The notes beneath the pieces were generated by a model. The model searched no databases, had not been told where the DNA came from, and saw nothing but the letters and a program-made list of their open reading frames with translations. The translations under genes and the position numbers were made by a program. From assembly GCA_046566985.1 (NCBI GenBank), contig JBKICT010000006.1:238353-302352 (forward strand): DNA of 64,000 bases, written 5' to 3'. Shown piece by piece: positions 17,454-27,614 of this stretch. Source of the DNA: Acidobacteriota bacterium. GTDB lineage: Bacteria > Acidobacteriota > Terriglobia > Terriglobales > Acidobacteriaceae. The number at the start of each line of letters is the position of its first letter. Positions within the stretch are counted from its first letter, which is position 1.

Positions 17454-17672
17454 TCAGGTGTCAGGTGTCAGGTTTCAGGGGCGCCTGTTCGGCCTTGTAC
17501 ATGGGTGTTCGGAAGCGGACACTCCAGTGCGACGGCCACCGTGCCAAGATGCGAGGACGACTGGAGTTAAGGCCCTGGAGCATTGGCGCTATGCTTGCAC
17601 CGTTACAGCCCGGACATCTGGCACGCCTCTCGAGTGATCTCTGAAACCTGTCATCCGAAACCTGCCACCTGG
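17454..17672. repeat. Inverted heptamer-repeat arms (TCAGGTG x4 and complementary x5) bracketing the putative 6S RNA
   Basis: TCAGGTG TCAGGTG TCAGGTT TCAGGGG at 17454-17481; TCTCTGA AACCTGT CATCCGA AACCTGC CACCTGG at 17638-17672. Confidence 0.7.
17477..17630 (+). ncRNA. ssrS: Probable 6S RNA
   Basis: The ends pair into a long closing stem (AGGGGCG/CGCCTCT; TGTTCGG.CTTGTAC/GTTACAG.CCGGACA). Internal ACTCCAGT/ACTGGAGT stem followed by an open TTAAGG stretch. The 3' segment GTTACAGCC..GGACATCT and 5' GTGTTCG recall the E. coli 6S termini (from memory). Shorter than a typical 6S; not covariance-tested. Confidence 0.55.
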
Positions 17673-17690
17673 AATTTCGAGGTAAGACTG

Positions 17691-18533
17691 ATGAAACGTG
17701 CAATCGCAGCAGTTGCTACTGTACTTATGATGGCGGCGCTTCCGGCGCTGGCCGCGGAGGCAACATTCGAGCGGACACTGTCCGTGAACGGCCGCGTGGA
17801 TCTTACCGTCTCCACGGGTTCCGGCAACGTGCACATCACCCGGGGCTCCGACAGCCAGGTGCACATCTTCGGGCGCGTGAAGGCCGGCGGCTGGAGCGTG
17901 GCCAATGCCGACCAGCGCGTACGCGACATCGCAGCGCATCCGCCCATCGATCAGACGGGCAACATCATCCGCATCGGTGGACAGAGCTGGAACCTGCACA
18001 ACGTCAGCATCGACTACGATATCCAGGCGCCGGCGAATTCGTTCCTGCGGGCTGGCTCGGGTTCCGGCGATTTGACCATCGACGGCGTGGGCGAGAATGC
18101 GAAGCTCAACACCGGATCGGGGAGTATTCACGCCAGTTCGCTGCACGGCGGCTTTGAGGCGCACACCGGCTCCGGAAACATCTTTGCCGAGCAGACCGGC
18201 ACCGGCGACGTGCGCGCAGAGACCGGTTCAGGCAATGTGGAGCTCCAGGATATTCACGGCGGGCTGCGAGCGACCACCGGCTCCGGAGACATCAAAGTGC
18301 GCGGAACGGCAAGCAGCGACTGGTTCATGCAGACCGGCTCGGGAAACGTGGAGTTCTGGCCGGGCGGGGGCGGATTAGTCCTCGATGCGTCCACCGGCTC
18401 GGGCGACGTTAAGGCGGATCATGAAATGGCGATGCAAGGCTCGTTCAATCGCCATCACGTGCGCGGCAAGATCAACGGCGGCGGCCCCACGGTGCGGATT
18501 CAGACCGGCTCCGGAGATATCCGGGTTCACTAA
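17691..18533 (+). CDS. DUF4097 family beta-strand repeat protein (secreted)
   Basis: Signal peptide MKRAIAAV...ALA; many xTGSGx(I/V) repeats; C-terminal INGGGPTVRIQTGSGDIRV. Confidence 0.85.
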   Translation: MKRAIAAVATVLMMAALPALAAEATFERTLSVNGRVDLTVSTGSGNVHITRGSDSQVHIFGRVKAGGWSVANADQRVRDIAAHPPIDQTGNIIRIGGQSWNLHNVSIDYDIQAPANSFLRAGSGSGDLTIDGVGENAKLNTGSGSIHASSLHGGFEAHTGSGNIFAEQTGTGDVRAETGSGNVELQDIHGGLRATTGSGDIKVRGTASSDWFMQTGSGNVEFWPGGGGLVLDASTGSGDVKADHEMAMQGSFNRHHVRGKINGGGPTVRIQTGSGDIRVH

Positions 18534-18556
18534 GAACCTTTGGCGGAGTTCCCAAT

Positions 18557-18591
18557 AAAAAAGCGGCGGAGCCTGCATGCTCCGCCGCTTT
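18557..18591. terminator. Bidirectional intrinsic terminator
   Basis: AAAAAAGCGGCGGAGC-CTGCAT-GCTCCGCCGCTTT between convergent genes. Confidence 0.85.
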
Positions 18592-18604
18592 GCGTTCGAT
18601 CCAA

Positions 18605-20212
18605 TTATTTCGCGATCGGCGTGCGGAGATCACCGCCTGTCATTTCCTTCGGCAGTCCCAGGTTCAGCAGGTTCAGCAGCGTGGGCGCGATGTCGCGCAG
18701 CGCGCCGTCATTGCGCAGACGGAAATGCTCCGCCTCCTCGCCGATGTAGATGAACGGCACCGGATTGGTTGTGTGTGCGGTATGCGGGCCGCCGGTGACA
18801 GGGTCCACCATCAGCTCGGCGTTGCCGTGATCGGCGGTGATCAGCCAGCTTCCATTGCGGCGGCGAACGCTTTCATAAATGCGCCCGAGCTGCGCGTCGA
18901 CGGCCTCAATGGCCTTGATGGTCGGCTCCAGCCTGCCGGAGTGTCCCACCATGTCGGCGTTGGCGAAGTTCGCGACGATCAGATCGAAGGCGGTGTCTTC
19001 CACAGCCTTCACAATCGTGTCGCCGATGGCCTCGGCCTTCATCTCGGGTGCAAGATCGTAGGTTGCCACCTTGAGCGACGGAATGAGCTGGCGGTCTTCG
19101 CCGGGAAACGGCGTCTCGATGCCGCCGTTGAAGAAGTAGGTGACGTGCGCAAACTTCTCTGTCTCTGCCACGCGCAGGTTGCGCAGGTTGTGCGCCGAGA
19201 GAATGTTGGCCAGAATGTTGTCCATCGATTCCGGCAGAATCACCAGCGGCAGCTCGTAGAGCTTGTCGTACTGCGTCATGCACGTGTAGTGCAGGTTTTT
19301 CGGAATCTCATTCCGCGGAATCGTCTCGTCGAGCGACTCCCACGCATCCAGGTCGCGCCCGCCCTTTTTGTTCAAACCGCTCTCGCGGGCCAGCACGCGC
19401 GTGATCTGCCGGGCGCGGTCAGCGCGGAAGTTGAAGTTGATGCAGACATCCTCATCGCGAATCTGCGCCACCGGCTTGCCGGCTCCGTCCACCACAACAA
19501 ACGGAATCAGAAATTCATCCGTCACGCCGTTGTTGTAGCTCTCCTTGATGCGCGCCACCGGGTCGGGGTACGCGCCGCCCTCGGCCTGGCCCGTGACCAT
19601 CGCGTCAAAGGCCTTGCGCTCGCGTTCCCAGCGCTTGTCGCGGTCCATCGCATAGTAGCGGCCGCTCACGCTGGCGATCTTGCCCACGCCGTACTCGCGC
19701 ATCTTCTGCTCGAGAGCAGCGATGTAGCCCGCGCCGGAGGTCGGCCCGGTGTCGCGGCCGTCCATGAATGCGTGGACAAAGACGCGCTCCAGCTTGAACT
19801 CGCGCGCCGTGCGCAGCAGCGCATACAGATGGTTCAGGTGCGAGTGCACGCCGCCATCCGAGCACAGGCCGAAGAGATGGAGTTGACGGCCGTTCTCGCG
19901 GGCGCGCTGCATGGCCTGCACAATGGCCGGATTCTTCTGGAACTCACCCGTGGCGATCAGCTCATCGATGCGTGTGATGTCCATGTGAACGATGCGGCCG
20001 GCGCCGATGTTCAGGTGGCCGACTTCGCTGTTGCCCATCTGTCCGTCGGGCAGACCCACAAAGTGCTCCGATGCCCGGATCAACGTGTTGGGAAATTCGC
20101 GCAGCAGCTTGTCGTAGCTGGGCTTGCGGGCGAGGGCGATGGCGTTATTGGCGGTTTCGGCGCGGTAGCCCCATCCATCCAGGATGGTCAGAACAAGAGG
20201 ACGCTTGGGCAC
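18605..20212 (-). CDS. gpmI: 2,3-bisphosphoglycerate-independent phosphoglycerate mutase
   Basis: [69 protein letters not shown] start with GAGG SD. Confidence 0.97.
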   Translation of the reverse strand: MPKRPLVLTILDGWGYRAETANNAIALARKPSYDKLLREFPNTLIRASEHFVGLPDGQMGNSEVGHLNIGAGRIVHMDITRIDELIATGEFQKNPAIVQAMQRARENGRQLHLFGLCSDGGVHSHLNHLYALLRTAREFKLERVFVHAFMDGRDTGPTSGAGYIAALEQKMREYGVGKIASVSGRYYAMDRDKRWERERKAFDAMVTGQAEGGAYPDPVARIKESYNNGVTDEFLIPFVVVDGAGKPVAQIRDEDVCINFNFRADRARQITRVLARESGLNKKGGRDLDAWESLDETIPRNEIPKNLHYTCMTQYDKLYELPLVILPESMDNILANILSAHNLRNLRVAETEKFAHVTYFFNGGIETPFPGEDRQLIPSLKVATYDLAPEMKAEAIGDTIVKAVEDTAFDLIVANFANADMVGHSGRLEPTIKAIEAVDAQLGRIYESVRRRNGSWLITADHGNAELMVDPVTGGPHTAHTTNPVPFIYIGEEAEHFRLRNDGALRDIAPTLLNLLNLGLPKEMTGGDLRTPIAK

Positions 20213-20311
20213 GAGAAAGATTACCTCTGTTTCAAAGTGTTCTCTTCCAGAATAAATGGTTGTGCGCAAGCATCCGATGTGCGCGCCGCCACAGCATGGG
20301 GCGCTGCCGCA

Positions 20312-21697
20312 TCAGTGCGCCACGGAAACGTTGGGCGCCGTGTGCCGCACCGGGTGCTTGCGGCGGCGCTTGACAGCACCATGCGAGCGGGTGCGATGCG
20401 ACGTCGCGGCATGATGCGAGGCGGCGACATGATGGGCTGCGGCAACATGATGGGCTGCGGCAGCGGGATGCGCGGCGGCAGCGCGGCGCGCGCTGCGAAC
20501 GCGATGCGCCGATGTGCGCAGCAGCCGAGGGGCCGTGTGCCTCAACTGATATTCGTGCGGCAGCGGCGGCAGGCCGGCAAGTTCCAGCAGCGCATTGTTC
20601 GACGCTTTGAAGAGGTTGAATCCGCCTGTTCCCGCACCGGGGCGGCTGTCCGTGACCGCAACAAAGAGCGCGGTATGGCTGGCCGGATGAATCGCAACAT
20701 ACGTCAGGAACCCGGCGCCGCCACCGGTCTTCTCGATGATGTGCTCGGGATCGTCCGTGGGCCGCAGGTGCAGCCACGCCAGGCCGATCCCGCTCGGCCG
20801 TCCCGCGTGGCTCAGGCCGCTCTCACTGATAAGCTGCGCGGGCAGCAGATACACGGCCTTTGCCGCCTCAGCCTGCGCCGGCTCCGCGGGTCCGCCCGTG
20901 CCCAGCAGGTACTTTAACCACTTTGCAATGTCTTCGGGGGTCGAGTACAGGCCGCTGCTGCCCATCGTATTCACCGTGGTAGTGCACGGACCCTCGTTCG
21001 CGTAGCCGCGCATCAGGCGTGCACACTGCGCATCGGTCGGGAAAAATGTGGTCTGCCACATGTGCAGCGGCTTCAGCGTGCGTGTCTCCAGCAGGGTGGG
21101 ATACGGCTCATGCGCGGCATCCGCAAGTGCATCGCTAAGCAGATCGAATCCGATGTTCGAATAGAACGCAACGGTCCCCGGCGTGTAGTTCAGCGTCTGC
21201 TTCGGCAGCCAGTCCCAGCGCGTGGCGTAGTCGGGATAGGTAAAGTGCGGAGTGCGCCGCGGCGCGGTGCCAATCTCGCGCGGCAGGCCCGCCGTGTGGG
21301 TGGCCAGATCGAGCAGCGTAATGGGCTTGCCTCGCTCCGGAACCACCACGCCTTTGGGCGCATAGCGCTGCAGCGGATCGCCCAGGTTCACCTTGTGGTC
21401 CGCAACGAGCTTCGCCAGCATGTCTGTCGTGAAGGTCTTGGTCAGCGAGCACAGACGGATCTCGGAGTCGAGTGTGGGAGCCTGATGCGAGTTGGGAGCC
21501 GTTTCGCCGTATCCGTGGAAGAACACGTGATTACCGCGCACTACTACCAGAACCAGCCCGGTCGCGCCCGTGTTGTTGTAGAGGTCGGCGCCGAGGGTTT
21601 CCGCTTCTTTGAGATCGTGCAGGGACAGGGAGGGCGGGGTCTGAGCCGAGGCAGGCAGAAGACACAGCAACAACAGGGAAGCAATCAGGCAACGCAT
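20312..21697 (-). CDS. Serine hydrolase, beta-lactamase / D-Ala-D-Ala peptidase family (AmpH-like) with His/Ala-rich tail
   Basis: SLTK (SxxK), YSN, KTG motifs; LATHTAGLP; signal peptide. Confidence 0.85.
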   Translation of the reverse strand: MRCLIASLLLLCLLPASAQTPPSLSLHDLKEAETLGADLYNNTGATGLVLVVVRGNHVFFHGYGETAPNSHQAPTLDSEIRLCSLTKTFTTDMLAKLVADHKVNLGDPLQRYAPKGVVVPERGKPITLLDLATHTAGLPREIGTAPRRTPHFTYPDYATRWDWLPKQTLNYTPGTVAFYSNIGFDLLSDALADAAHEPYPTLLETRTLKPLHMWQTTFFPTDAQCARLMRGYANEGPCTTTVNTMGSSGLYSTPEDIAKWLKYLLGTGGPAEPAQAEAAKAVYLLPAQLISESGLSHAGRPSGIGLAWLHLRPTDDPEHIIEKTGGGAGFLTYVAIHPASHTALFVAVTDSRPGAGTGGFNLFKASNNALLELAGLPPLPHEYQLRHTAPRLLRTSAHRVRSARRAAAAHPAAAAHHVAAAHHVAASHHAATSHRTRSHGAVKRRRKHPVRHTAPNVSVAH

Positions 21698-21819
21698 CTG
21701 GCTTTTAGTGTAGGCGATTTTCAGGTGCGGCATCGCAGGTTTGTCCCACCTGCCGCACCATACTCTCTACGTGCCGCGCCCGCAGCCGGCCCTTTGGCCG
21801 ATTGGCTGCGATGTTCGCA

Positions 21820-22560
21820 TCAGCTCTTCTTCACACTTACGCTCGAGCCCCAGCTTCCGTCGGGGACGCCGAAATCGAAATCGATCTGGTTGCCGGTGAT
21901 TTTGCCTTTGAAGTTGAGCACGTAAGTCTGGCCCTGATAGTCGGTGTTCAGCCAAAAGCTGACGGCATCGCCCTCGACCTTGCCGTCGTGAATCTCCACG
22001 GGTGCGGCACCCATGCCCTGCACATCTCCCGTAACCGTCGCGCCGTCGCTCTTCAGGTCGAGGGTGAGCGGCATCTCTGTGCCCTGGAAATCGAAGGACC
22101 CTTTCCACGCGCCTGTCAGGTTCTCGGCCGGTTTCGCCGCGGCAGCGGGCGCAGCGGCGCTTCCCGCTGCGGAACCTGCGGCAGCCGTCCCGGCGCGGGT
22201 CGCTGTCACAGTGGAGCCCCAGCTTCCGTCCTCCGTGCCGAACGAGAAGTCGATGTGATCGGCAGCGATCTTACCCGTGTACACCAGCTTGTAGGTCTGC
22301 CCCTGGTAGTCGGTGTTGACCCAAAAGCTCACCGCATCGCCATCAATCTTTCCATCATGAATATCGGCGGGCGTGGTGGGCAGGCCTTCTACAGTGCCGG
22401 ACAGCGCATTTCCATCCGCCTTGAGGTTGAAGACCAGGGGAACGCTATTGCCCTCAAAGTCGAACGAGCCCTTCCAGGTGCCCGACAGATCGGCAGCGTG
22501 CAGCATCGGCATCAGCGTCAAAACCGTGGCGAACGCCATGGCGCGAAGAACAATCCTCAT
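21820..22560 (-). CDS. Secreted protein with two tandem ~95-aa beta-rich repeats
   Basis: Signal peptide; LSGTWKGSFDF...DGK(I/V)xGDAVSFWxNTDYQGQTY..GKI occurs twice, joined by an Ala-rich linker. Confidence 0.75.
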   Translation of the reverse strand: MRIVLRAMAFATVLTLMPMLHAADLSGTWKGSFDFEGNSVPLVFNLKADGNALSGTVEGLPTTPADIHDGKIDGDAVSFWVNTDYQGQTYKLVYTGKIAADHIDFSFGTEDGSWGSTVTATRAGTAAAGSAAGSAAAPAAAAKPAENLTGAWKGSFDFQGTEMPLTLDLKSDGATVTGDVQGMGAAPVEIHDGKVEGDAVSFWLNTDYQGQTYVLNFKGKITGNQIDFDFGVPDGSWGSSVSVKKS

Positions 22561-22672
22561 GCAGGAATCTCCCTCCGTAAGTGGCGAGTCTAGCACACGA
22601 GCAGGGGCCGCTTCCCTCCCCGGCTCCGCGGCTTGGCGCCGGCCCGGGCGGGCATTCGGTACCATGGAAATC

Positions 22673-23377
22673 ATGCCCCAGTACCCTACCGGACAAACGC
22701 TGCTCATTGATGCTGATGACACCTTGTGGGAGAACAACGTCTACTTCGAGCGGGCAATCGCCTCGTTCATCGGCTTCCTGAATCACCGTAGCTATACGCC
22801 TGCCCAGGTACGGGCGGCGCTCAATGCGGTGGAACGGGAGACAATCCTCTCGCATGGGTACGGGCTGTCGAGTTTTTCGCGCTCCCTGGTGGTGTGCTAC
22901 GAGCGGCTAAGCGACGGGCCTGTGACCGAGGAACACCGCGAGCAGATCCGAAGTTTTGCGCAGACCATTGCCGAGGCGGAGATCGAGTTGCTCCCCGAGG
23001 TGGATGAAACGCTGGCGGAACTATGCGCGCGACATCACCTCATTCTGATGACCAAGGGGAATCACGCCGAGCAGGCCGACAAGCTAGCGCGATCCGGGCT
23101 GGCGCCGTTCTTTGCCGCGGTGGAGATCGTGCAGGAAAAGGATCCGCCGACCTACCGCGAAGTCATTGCGCGACACGAGTTGAAACCGCACACGAGCTGG
23201 ATGATCGGCAACAGCCCGAAGAGCGACATCAATCCCGCGCTGGCCGCGGGGCTGCACGCCGTCCACCTCCATCACAAGGACACGTGGGTGCTGGAGCACG
23301 CGGAGCTGGCGCAGCCTTCCGAGGGCCAGCAGTTGATTGAGCTCGACGCCTTCGCAAAGCTGCGCGACATCTTCTAA
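22673..23377 (+). CDS. HAD family hydrolase
   Basis: LIDADDTLW (motif I), MTKG, MIGNSPKSDINPA. Confidence 0.85.
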   Translation: MPQYPTGQTLLIDADDTLWENNVYFERAIASFIGFLNHRSYTPAQVRAALNAVERETILSHGYGLSSFSRSLVVCYERLSDGPVTEEHREQIRSFAQTIAEAEIELLPEVDETLAELCARHHLILMTKGNHAEQADKLARSGLAPFFAAVEIVQEKDPPTYREVIARHELKPHTSWMIGNSPKSDINPALAAGLHAVHLHHKDTWVLEHAELAQPSEGQQLIELDAFAKLRDIF

Positions 23378-23386
23378 ATCAGAGAC

Positions 23387-24682
23387 TCAGCTCTCGAAGC
23401 GAAGGGCATGGCCGATGAGCGCGTCGGCCGGGCCGAGACCGCTGCGGCTGTTCAGCATCGCCGTGGTGAGCCTGCGGCTGTGCTGCAGGTCGTCGAAGAA
23501 ATCGGTTTCGATGACCGCGGCGAGGTCGCGATCGAGCACCGCCAGGTTTACTTCGTCATTCAGCGCAAACGATCGATGATCGAAGTTCGTGGAGCCGACG
23601 ACGCACCACTGTTCGTCGATCGTCATGAGCTTGGCATGGATCATGCTGGGCAGGTAATCGTAAACCTCGGCTCCGGCTTCAATCAGCAAGCGCGTGCTCT
23701 TGCGGCCCAGAACGTGCACAATGGGGTGATCGATGTGAGGCCCCGCCGTGAGGATTTGCACCTGCACATTCTTTTTGCGCGCCGCTTCCACCAGCGCCTG
23801 CCGCGCCGCGCGGTCGGGCAGAAAGTAAGGGGAGGTGATGCGGATCGACTTGCGCGCGCTCTGGATCAGACTCTGAAACAGAATGCGGGCCTGCGTTCCG
23901 CCGCCGCGCGGCGTGCTGGTGACCACGAAGCTCTCCGCCCCCTCCGGCATGCTGCGAAATCCAAACTCCTTCGCGCCGGAGAGAATCCCGCCTGAAGCTT
24001 CCAGCCAGTTCTCGGCAAACGTGGAGATGAGCCCGGCGACGGCTTCGCCTTCCACGCAGAAGACCGTGTCGCGCCATTGCGGGCCGCTCCTGGTTGCGCA
24101 CAGCCAGTGATCGGCAATCCCCGCGCCGCCGATGAATCCCGTCTCGCCGTCGATCACCAGCAGCTTGCGGTGCGTGCGCTGATTCAGTTCCGGCCAGGTG
24201 TTCCAGCGCAGCGGGTGATACCAGCACATCTGTCCGCCGGCGGCGCGCAGGGGGTCGAAGGAGCGATCGCTCGTCTGCACGCTTCCGGCTGCGTCCACAA
24301 TCAGCCGCACCTCCACACCGGCGCGCGCACGTTCGCAGAGCGCATCAAGAAACCGCGCGCTCACCTCGCCCGGCGCGAACTCGTAGTACTCCATATTGAC
24401 GGCGTGGCGCGCCTTGCGAATCGCCTCCAACTGCTCGGTGTAGAACTCCTGCCCGTTCTTCAGCCGCCGCAGCCGCGAGCGCCGCCGCGCGCCGCCGCAC
24501 ACGAGCGAGAGAAACTGAACGAACTCCTCGGAGTCGAGCGGCGCATCCATCGGCTCCATGGCAAAGCTCGGCTGCGGACCGAAGATGTTGATGAGCACCT
24601 TGGCTCCGTAAAGCGCCAACGCACCCGCGCCCAGCGCTCCCATCCATGCGTTCACTCGCTTTCCCATTTCCAATCGCTCCAT
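23387..24682 (-). CDS. cls: Cardiolipin synthase / phospholipase D family
   Basis: Two HKD motifs: THRKLLVIDG and IHAKLMTID; GSTNFD.RSF.LNDE. Confidence 0.9.
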   Translation of the reverse strand: MERLEMGKRVNAWMGALGAGALALYGAKVLINIFGPQPSFAMEPMDAPLDSEEFVQFLSLVCGGARRRSRLRRLKNGQEFYTEQLEAIRKARHAVNMEYYEFAPGEVSARFLDALCERARAGVEVRLIVDAAGSVQTSDRSFDPLRAAGGQMCWYHPLRWNTWPELNQRTHRKLLVIDGETGFIGGAGIADHWLCATRSGPQWRDTVFCVEGEAVAGLISTFAENWLEASGGILSGAKEFGFRSMPEGAESFVVTSTPRGGGTQARILFQSLIQSARKSIRITSPYFLPDRAARQALVEAARKKNVQVQILTAGPHIDHPIVHVLGRKSTRLLIEAGAEVYDYLPSMIHAKLMTIDEQWCVVGSTNFDHRSFALNDEVNLAVLDRDLAAVIETDFFDDLQHSRRLTTAMLNSRSGLGPADALIGHALRFES

Positions 24683-24967
24683 GCATCGCGAAATTCACCA
24701 CTGGTGCCTGGGAATTTGGATGCATCCGCGCCGCGTCGCGCCTTGACTCTGCGCCGGAACTCTGATCTACTCTGTGCAAGTCATGTTCAGCCACAGCGCC
24801 AATTCGGCCACAGTTCACGCCGCTGGAGTTGTGTCGATTCCCGCGATTCGAATTAGCGGCTACAACGAGCGCGCGGGAAACGAAGCCTGACAGATTCAAG
24901 AAGACGCAATGCACAGGCCATCACCCGCAAGCGCGGCTGATGGCTTTTCTGTTTCTACGCGATAACT

Positions 24968-25630
24968 ATGTACACGCCAGGGTTCAACAGGATCGACGAT
25001 CGCGACCCGCTCATCGAAGCGATGCGGACGTATTCGTTTGCCATCCTCTTCGGCCCCACCGATGCCGGCACGGCGCCCGCTGCCACGCATCTGCCGCTGA
25101 TCGTCCGCGACGAAGCCGAACACGGCGTGCTGCTGGGCCACTTTGCCAAGGCCAATCCCCACTGGCAACACCTCGCCGGCCGCGAAGCGCTCGTCGTCTT
25201 CCCCGGCCCGCACAGCTACGTCTCGCCTTCGCTCTACACAGAGCCGCTCTCCGTGCCGACGTGGAACTACATCGCGATTCGTGCTTACGGAACGCTCGAA
25301 ATGATCGAAGAAGATGCCGCGAAGAACGCGCTGGTGGAAGAACTGATCGGCATCCACGAGCCTGCGTATCTGGAGCGGTGGGGCGCCATGCCCGAGGGCT
25401 ATCGCCGCACCATGCTCGCCGGCATCGTCGGCTTCCGTATTCCCATCGCCCGCATTGAAGGCAAGTTCAAGCTGAGCCAGAACCGCGCCGCCGAAGAACG
25501 CCGCAACGTCTATGCCGCACACGCCGCCGGCAGCGACGATCAACGCGAGCTGGCGCGCTGGATGCAGCGCCTGATCCCCGGCCTCGAACCACAACCCGGC
25601 GAACTGCAACACGAAAGCGAGCCCGCATGA
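24968..25630 (+). CDS. FMN-binding PaiB-like protein
   Basis: ATHLP, LLGHFAKANP, FPGPHSYVSP, VPTWNY, EGKFKLSQNR. Confidence 0.9.
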   Translation: MYTPGFNRIDDRDPLIEAMRTYSFAILFGPTDAGTAPAATHLPLIVRDEAEHGVLLGHFAKANPHWQHLAGREALVVFPGPHSYVSPSLYTEPLSVPTWNYIAIRAYGTLEMIEEDAAKNALVEELIGIHEPAYLERWGAMPEGYRRTMLAGIVGFRIPIARIEGKFKLSQNRAAEERRNVYAAHAAGSDDQRELARWMQRLIPGLEPQPGELQHESEPA

Positions 25631-27297
25631 GCACCGATACCACCCGGCGAGTAGAACTCTTTGACACCAGCCTGCGCGACGGCCTGCAGCAGCCGAACCT
25701 GGAGATCTCCGTGCCAAACGCCGTCACGCTGCTGCAGCGGATGTCCGCGTTCGGCGTGCACTATGCGGAGATCGGCTTTGCCGGCGCAAATCAGTTCGTC
25801 ACCGATCTCACCCACGCCCTCGCCGCCGCCGACACCGGCGCAATGAAGCTCGCCCTCTTCGGCCGGTCGCGCGGTCGCGGCGCAACAGTCGCCGACTGGC
25901 CCGACGCTGCGTTCATGGTCGAGCACAAGCAGCGGATTCCCGTCGCCGTCGTCGTCGTCAAGTCCCGCCTGCTCGACGTGGAGCGCTCGCTTGAAACCAC
26001 GCCCGAAGAAAACCTGCGCATGGCCTACGACACCATCGCGTACCTTCAGGACCACGGCCTCGAAGTCATCGTCGACCTCGAGCACGCTATGGATGCCTTT
26101 TGCGGCCGCCGCGAGATGGGCCTGCCCTGCGACGCCGACTTCGCCGCACGCAGCCGCGACCACCTCCGCCAGATGATCGCGCAGTGCGCGGAGCAGCACG
26201 CCAGCCGCATCGTCGTATGCGACACCAACGGCGGCTCCAGCCCCGAAGAGGTTGCGCAACTGTTCGGCGAATTCACGCGCGACTTCCCTGCCGCGCGCTT
26301 CGGCTTCCACGGTCACACCGACCGCGGACTAGGCGTGGCCAACGCGCGCGCCGCCATCTTCGCCGGAGCCATCCACGTGCAGGGCACCCTCCTCGGCACC
26401 GGCGAGCGCTGCGGCAACGTCAACCTCACCACGCTCGTCGGCAGCATGCAGCTGCGCGGCGAAGCTGAATTCGTACCCGCGCAATCGCTCCCCGGCCTCA
26501 CCAGCCTCGCCCACCACGCCTACGATCTCTTCTCGCTCGATGTTGCGCACGGCGCGCCCATCGTCGGCACCGGCGCCTTCGGCACGTGGGCCGGCATGCA
26601 CGGCTCCAGCGAGCGCAAGAATCCCGGCGCCTACCTGTGGTGCGATCCCGCCAGCGTGGGCGCAACCCCGGTCATCGGCGTCAACGGCCACTCGGGCCGC
26701 GCAAACATTCAGCTACTCTCCGAGATGCTGGGTGTGCCCCTGAACGGCGCCCAGGCCCAGGAGCTGATGGACGCCAACCAGCCTATGATCGAGGGTGGCG
26801 GCTTTACCGCGAGTGAAGTCTCCTTCCGCCTGGCCTGCCGCCGCGTCCTCGGCGATGTGCCGGAGCTCTTCAAGGTCCGCACCTGGCGCGTTCAGGACGA
26901 GCTCGACGAAACCGGTGCGCATTTTGTGCTGGCATTTCTCTCGCTCGGCATCGGCAACCACCGCGTCGTCACCAGCCGCGCGGAAGGCGCCGGCCCGGTC
27001 GACGCCATGACTCGTGCCCTGCGCCGCGAGCTCGAGCGCTGGTATCCCGCGCTCAAGCGCATGCACCTCGGCCGCTTCAGTGTCACCGCTCTCGACGTCT
27101 CCGCCAACGACTCCGCCGCCTACGTCCGCGTCACCGTCAGCTTCCAGGCGGAGGGACGCGAGCCGTGGGTCACCGCCGGCGTCAGCAGCGACATGAATCA
27201 GGCGGCGCTGATGGCAATCGTCGACGGCTTCCAGCACTGGCTGCTCGAAAGCCAGACGGAGCCGGCGCACGCCGCCATCGGCGCCGCATCAGCGTGA
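25627..27297 (+). CDS. Citramalate synthase / 2-isopropylmalate synthase family (CimA-like)
   Basis: DTSLRDGLQ, CDTNGG, HGHTDRG, GERCGN, C-terminal allosteric domain with GAGPVDA. ATGA overlap with the PaiB-like gene. Confidence 0.85.
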   Translation: MSTDTTRRVELFDTSLRDGLQQPNLEISVPNAVTLLQRMSAFGVHYAEIGFAGANQFVTDLTHALAAADTGAMKLALFGRSRGRGATVADWPDAAFMVEHKQRIPVAVVVVKSRLLDVERSLETTPEENLRMAYDTIAYLQDHGLEVIVDLEHAMDAFCGRREMGLPCDADFAARSRDHLRQMIAQCAEQHASRIVVCDTNGGSSPEEVAQLFGEFTRDFPAARFGFHGHTDRGLGVANARAAIFAGAIHVQGTLLGTGERCGNVNLTTLVGSMQLRGEAEFVPAQSLPGLTSLAHHAYDLFSLDVAHGAPIVGTGAFGTWAGMHGSSERKNPGAYLWCDPASVGATPVIGVNGHSGRANIQLLSEMLGVPLNGAQAQELMDANQPMIEGGGFTASEVSFRLACRRVLGDVPELFKVRTWRVQDELDETGAHFVLAFLSLGIGNHRVVTSRAEGAGPVDAMTRALRRELERWYPALKRMHLGRFSVTALDVSANDSAAYVRVTVSFQAEGREPWVTAGVSSDMNQAALMAIVDGFQHWLLESQTEPAHAAIGAASA

Positions 27298-27501
27298 TTC
27301 GCGCAAAAACCGATCGGTGCCGGAGTTCAGAATCGCCTGATTGGTTTGAGCTACGATCAGCCGCGATTCATCGATCGCCAGCGCCGTTTTCTCAAGACAT
27401 CTGCGGTCACGGTTTGAGCTCTGCCGCCATTCCTGAACCAGCTCGCGCGAGGCCTGGATCAACCTCACGCTGTGCATCAGGAGCTCCTCATGGGTCGCCA
27501 T
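27289..27501 (-). CDS. Possible small helical protein (70 aa)
   Basis: Fills an otherwise empty gap; amphipathic heptad-like sequence; no clear SD. Confidence 0.35.
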   Translation of the reverse strand: MATHEELLMHSVRLIQASRELVQEWRQSSNRDRRCLEKTALAIDESRLIVAQTNQAILNSGTDRFLRESR

Positions 27502-27569
27502 GCGGCGTTGGATGCGGCAAGATCTGTGGAAATTTCGAAAAGGCGCATGGCGTTGGGGTTTCCGCTATT

Positions 27570-27597
27570 TTGCTGGTCTCTTCGCCTTTGTTATACT
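27570..27597 (+). promoter_or_regulatory. Sigma70-type promoter for tRNA-Leu/secG
   Basis: TTGCTG-16 nt-TATACT with an extended TG, 17 nt upstream of the tRNA. Confidence 0.65.
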
Positions 27598-27614
27598 CAT
27601 TAGGTTCACCCCAA

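Noticed and set aside
17477-17630. SRP RNA or fluoride riboswitch as alternatives to 6S
   Set aside because: No CAGG-GNRA-AGCA SRP domain IV on either strand; only a short GGTGTTCG coincidence with the fluoride motif.
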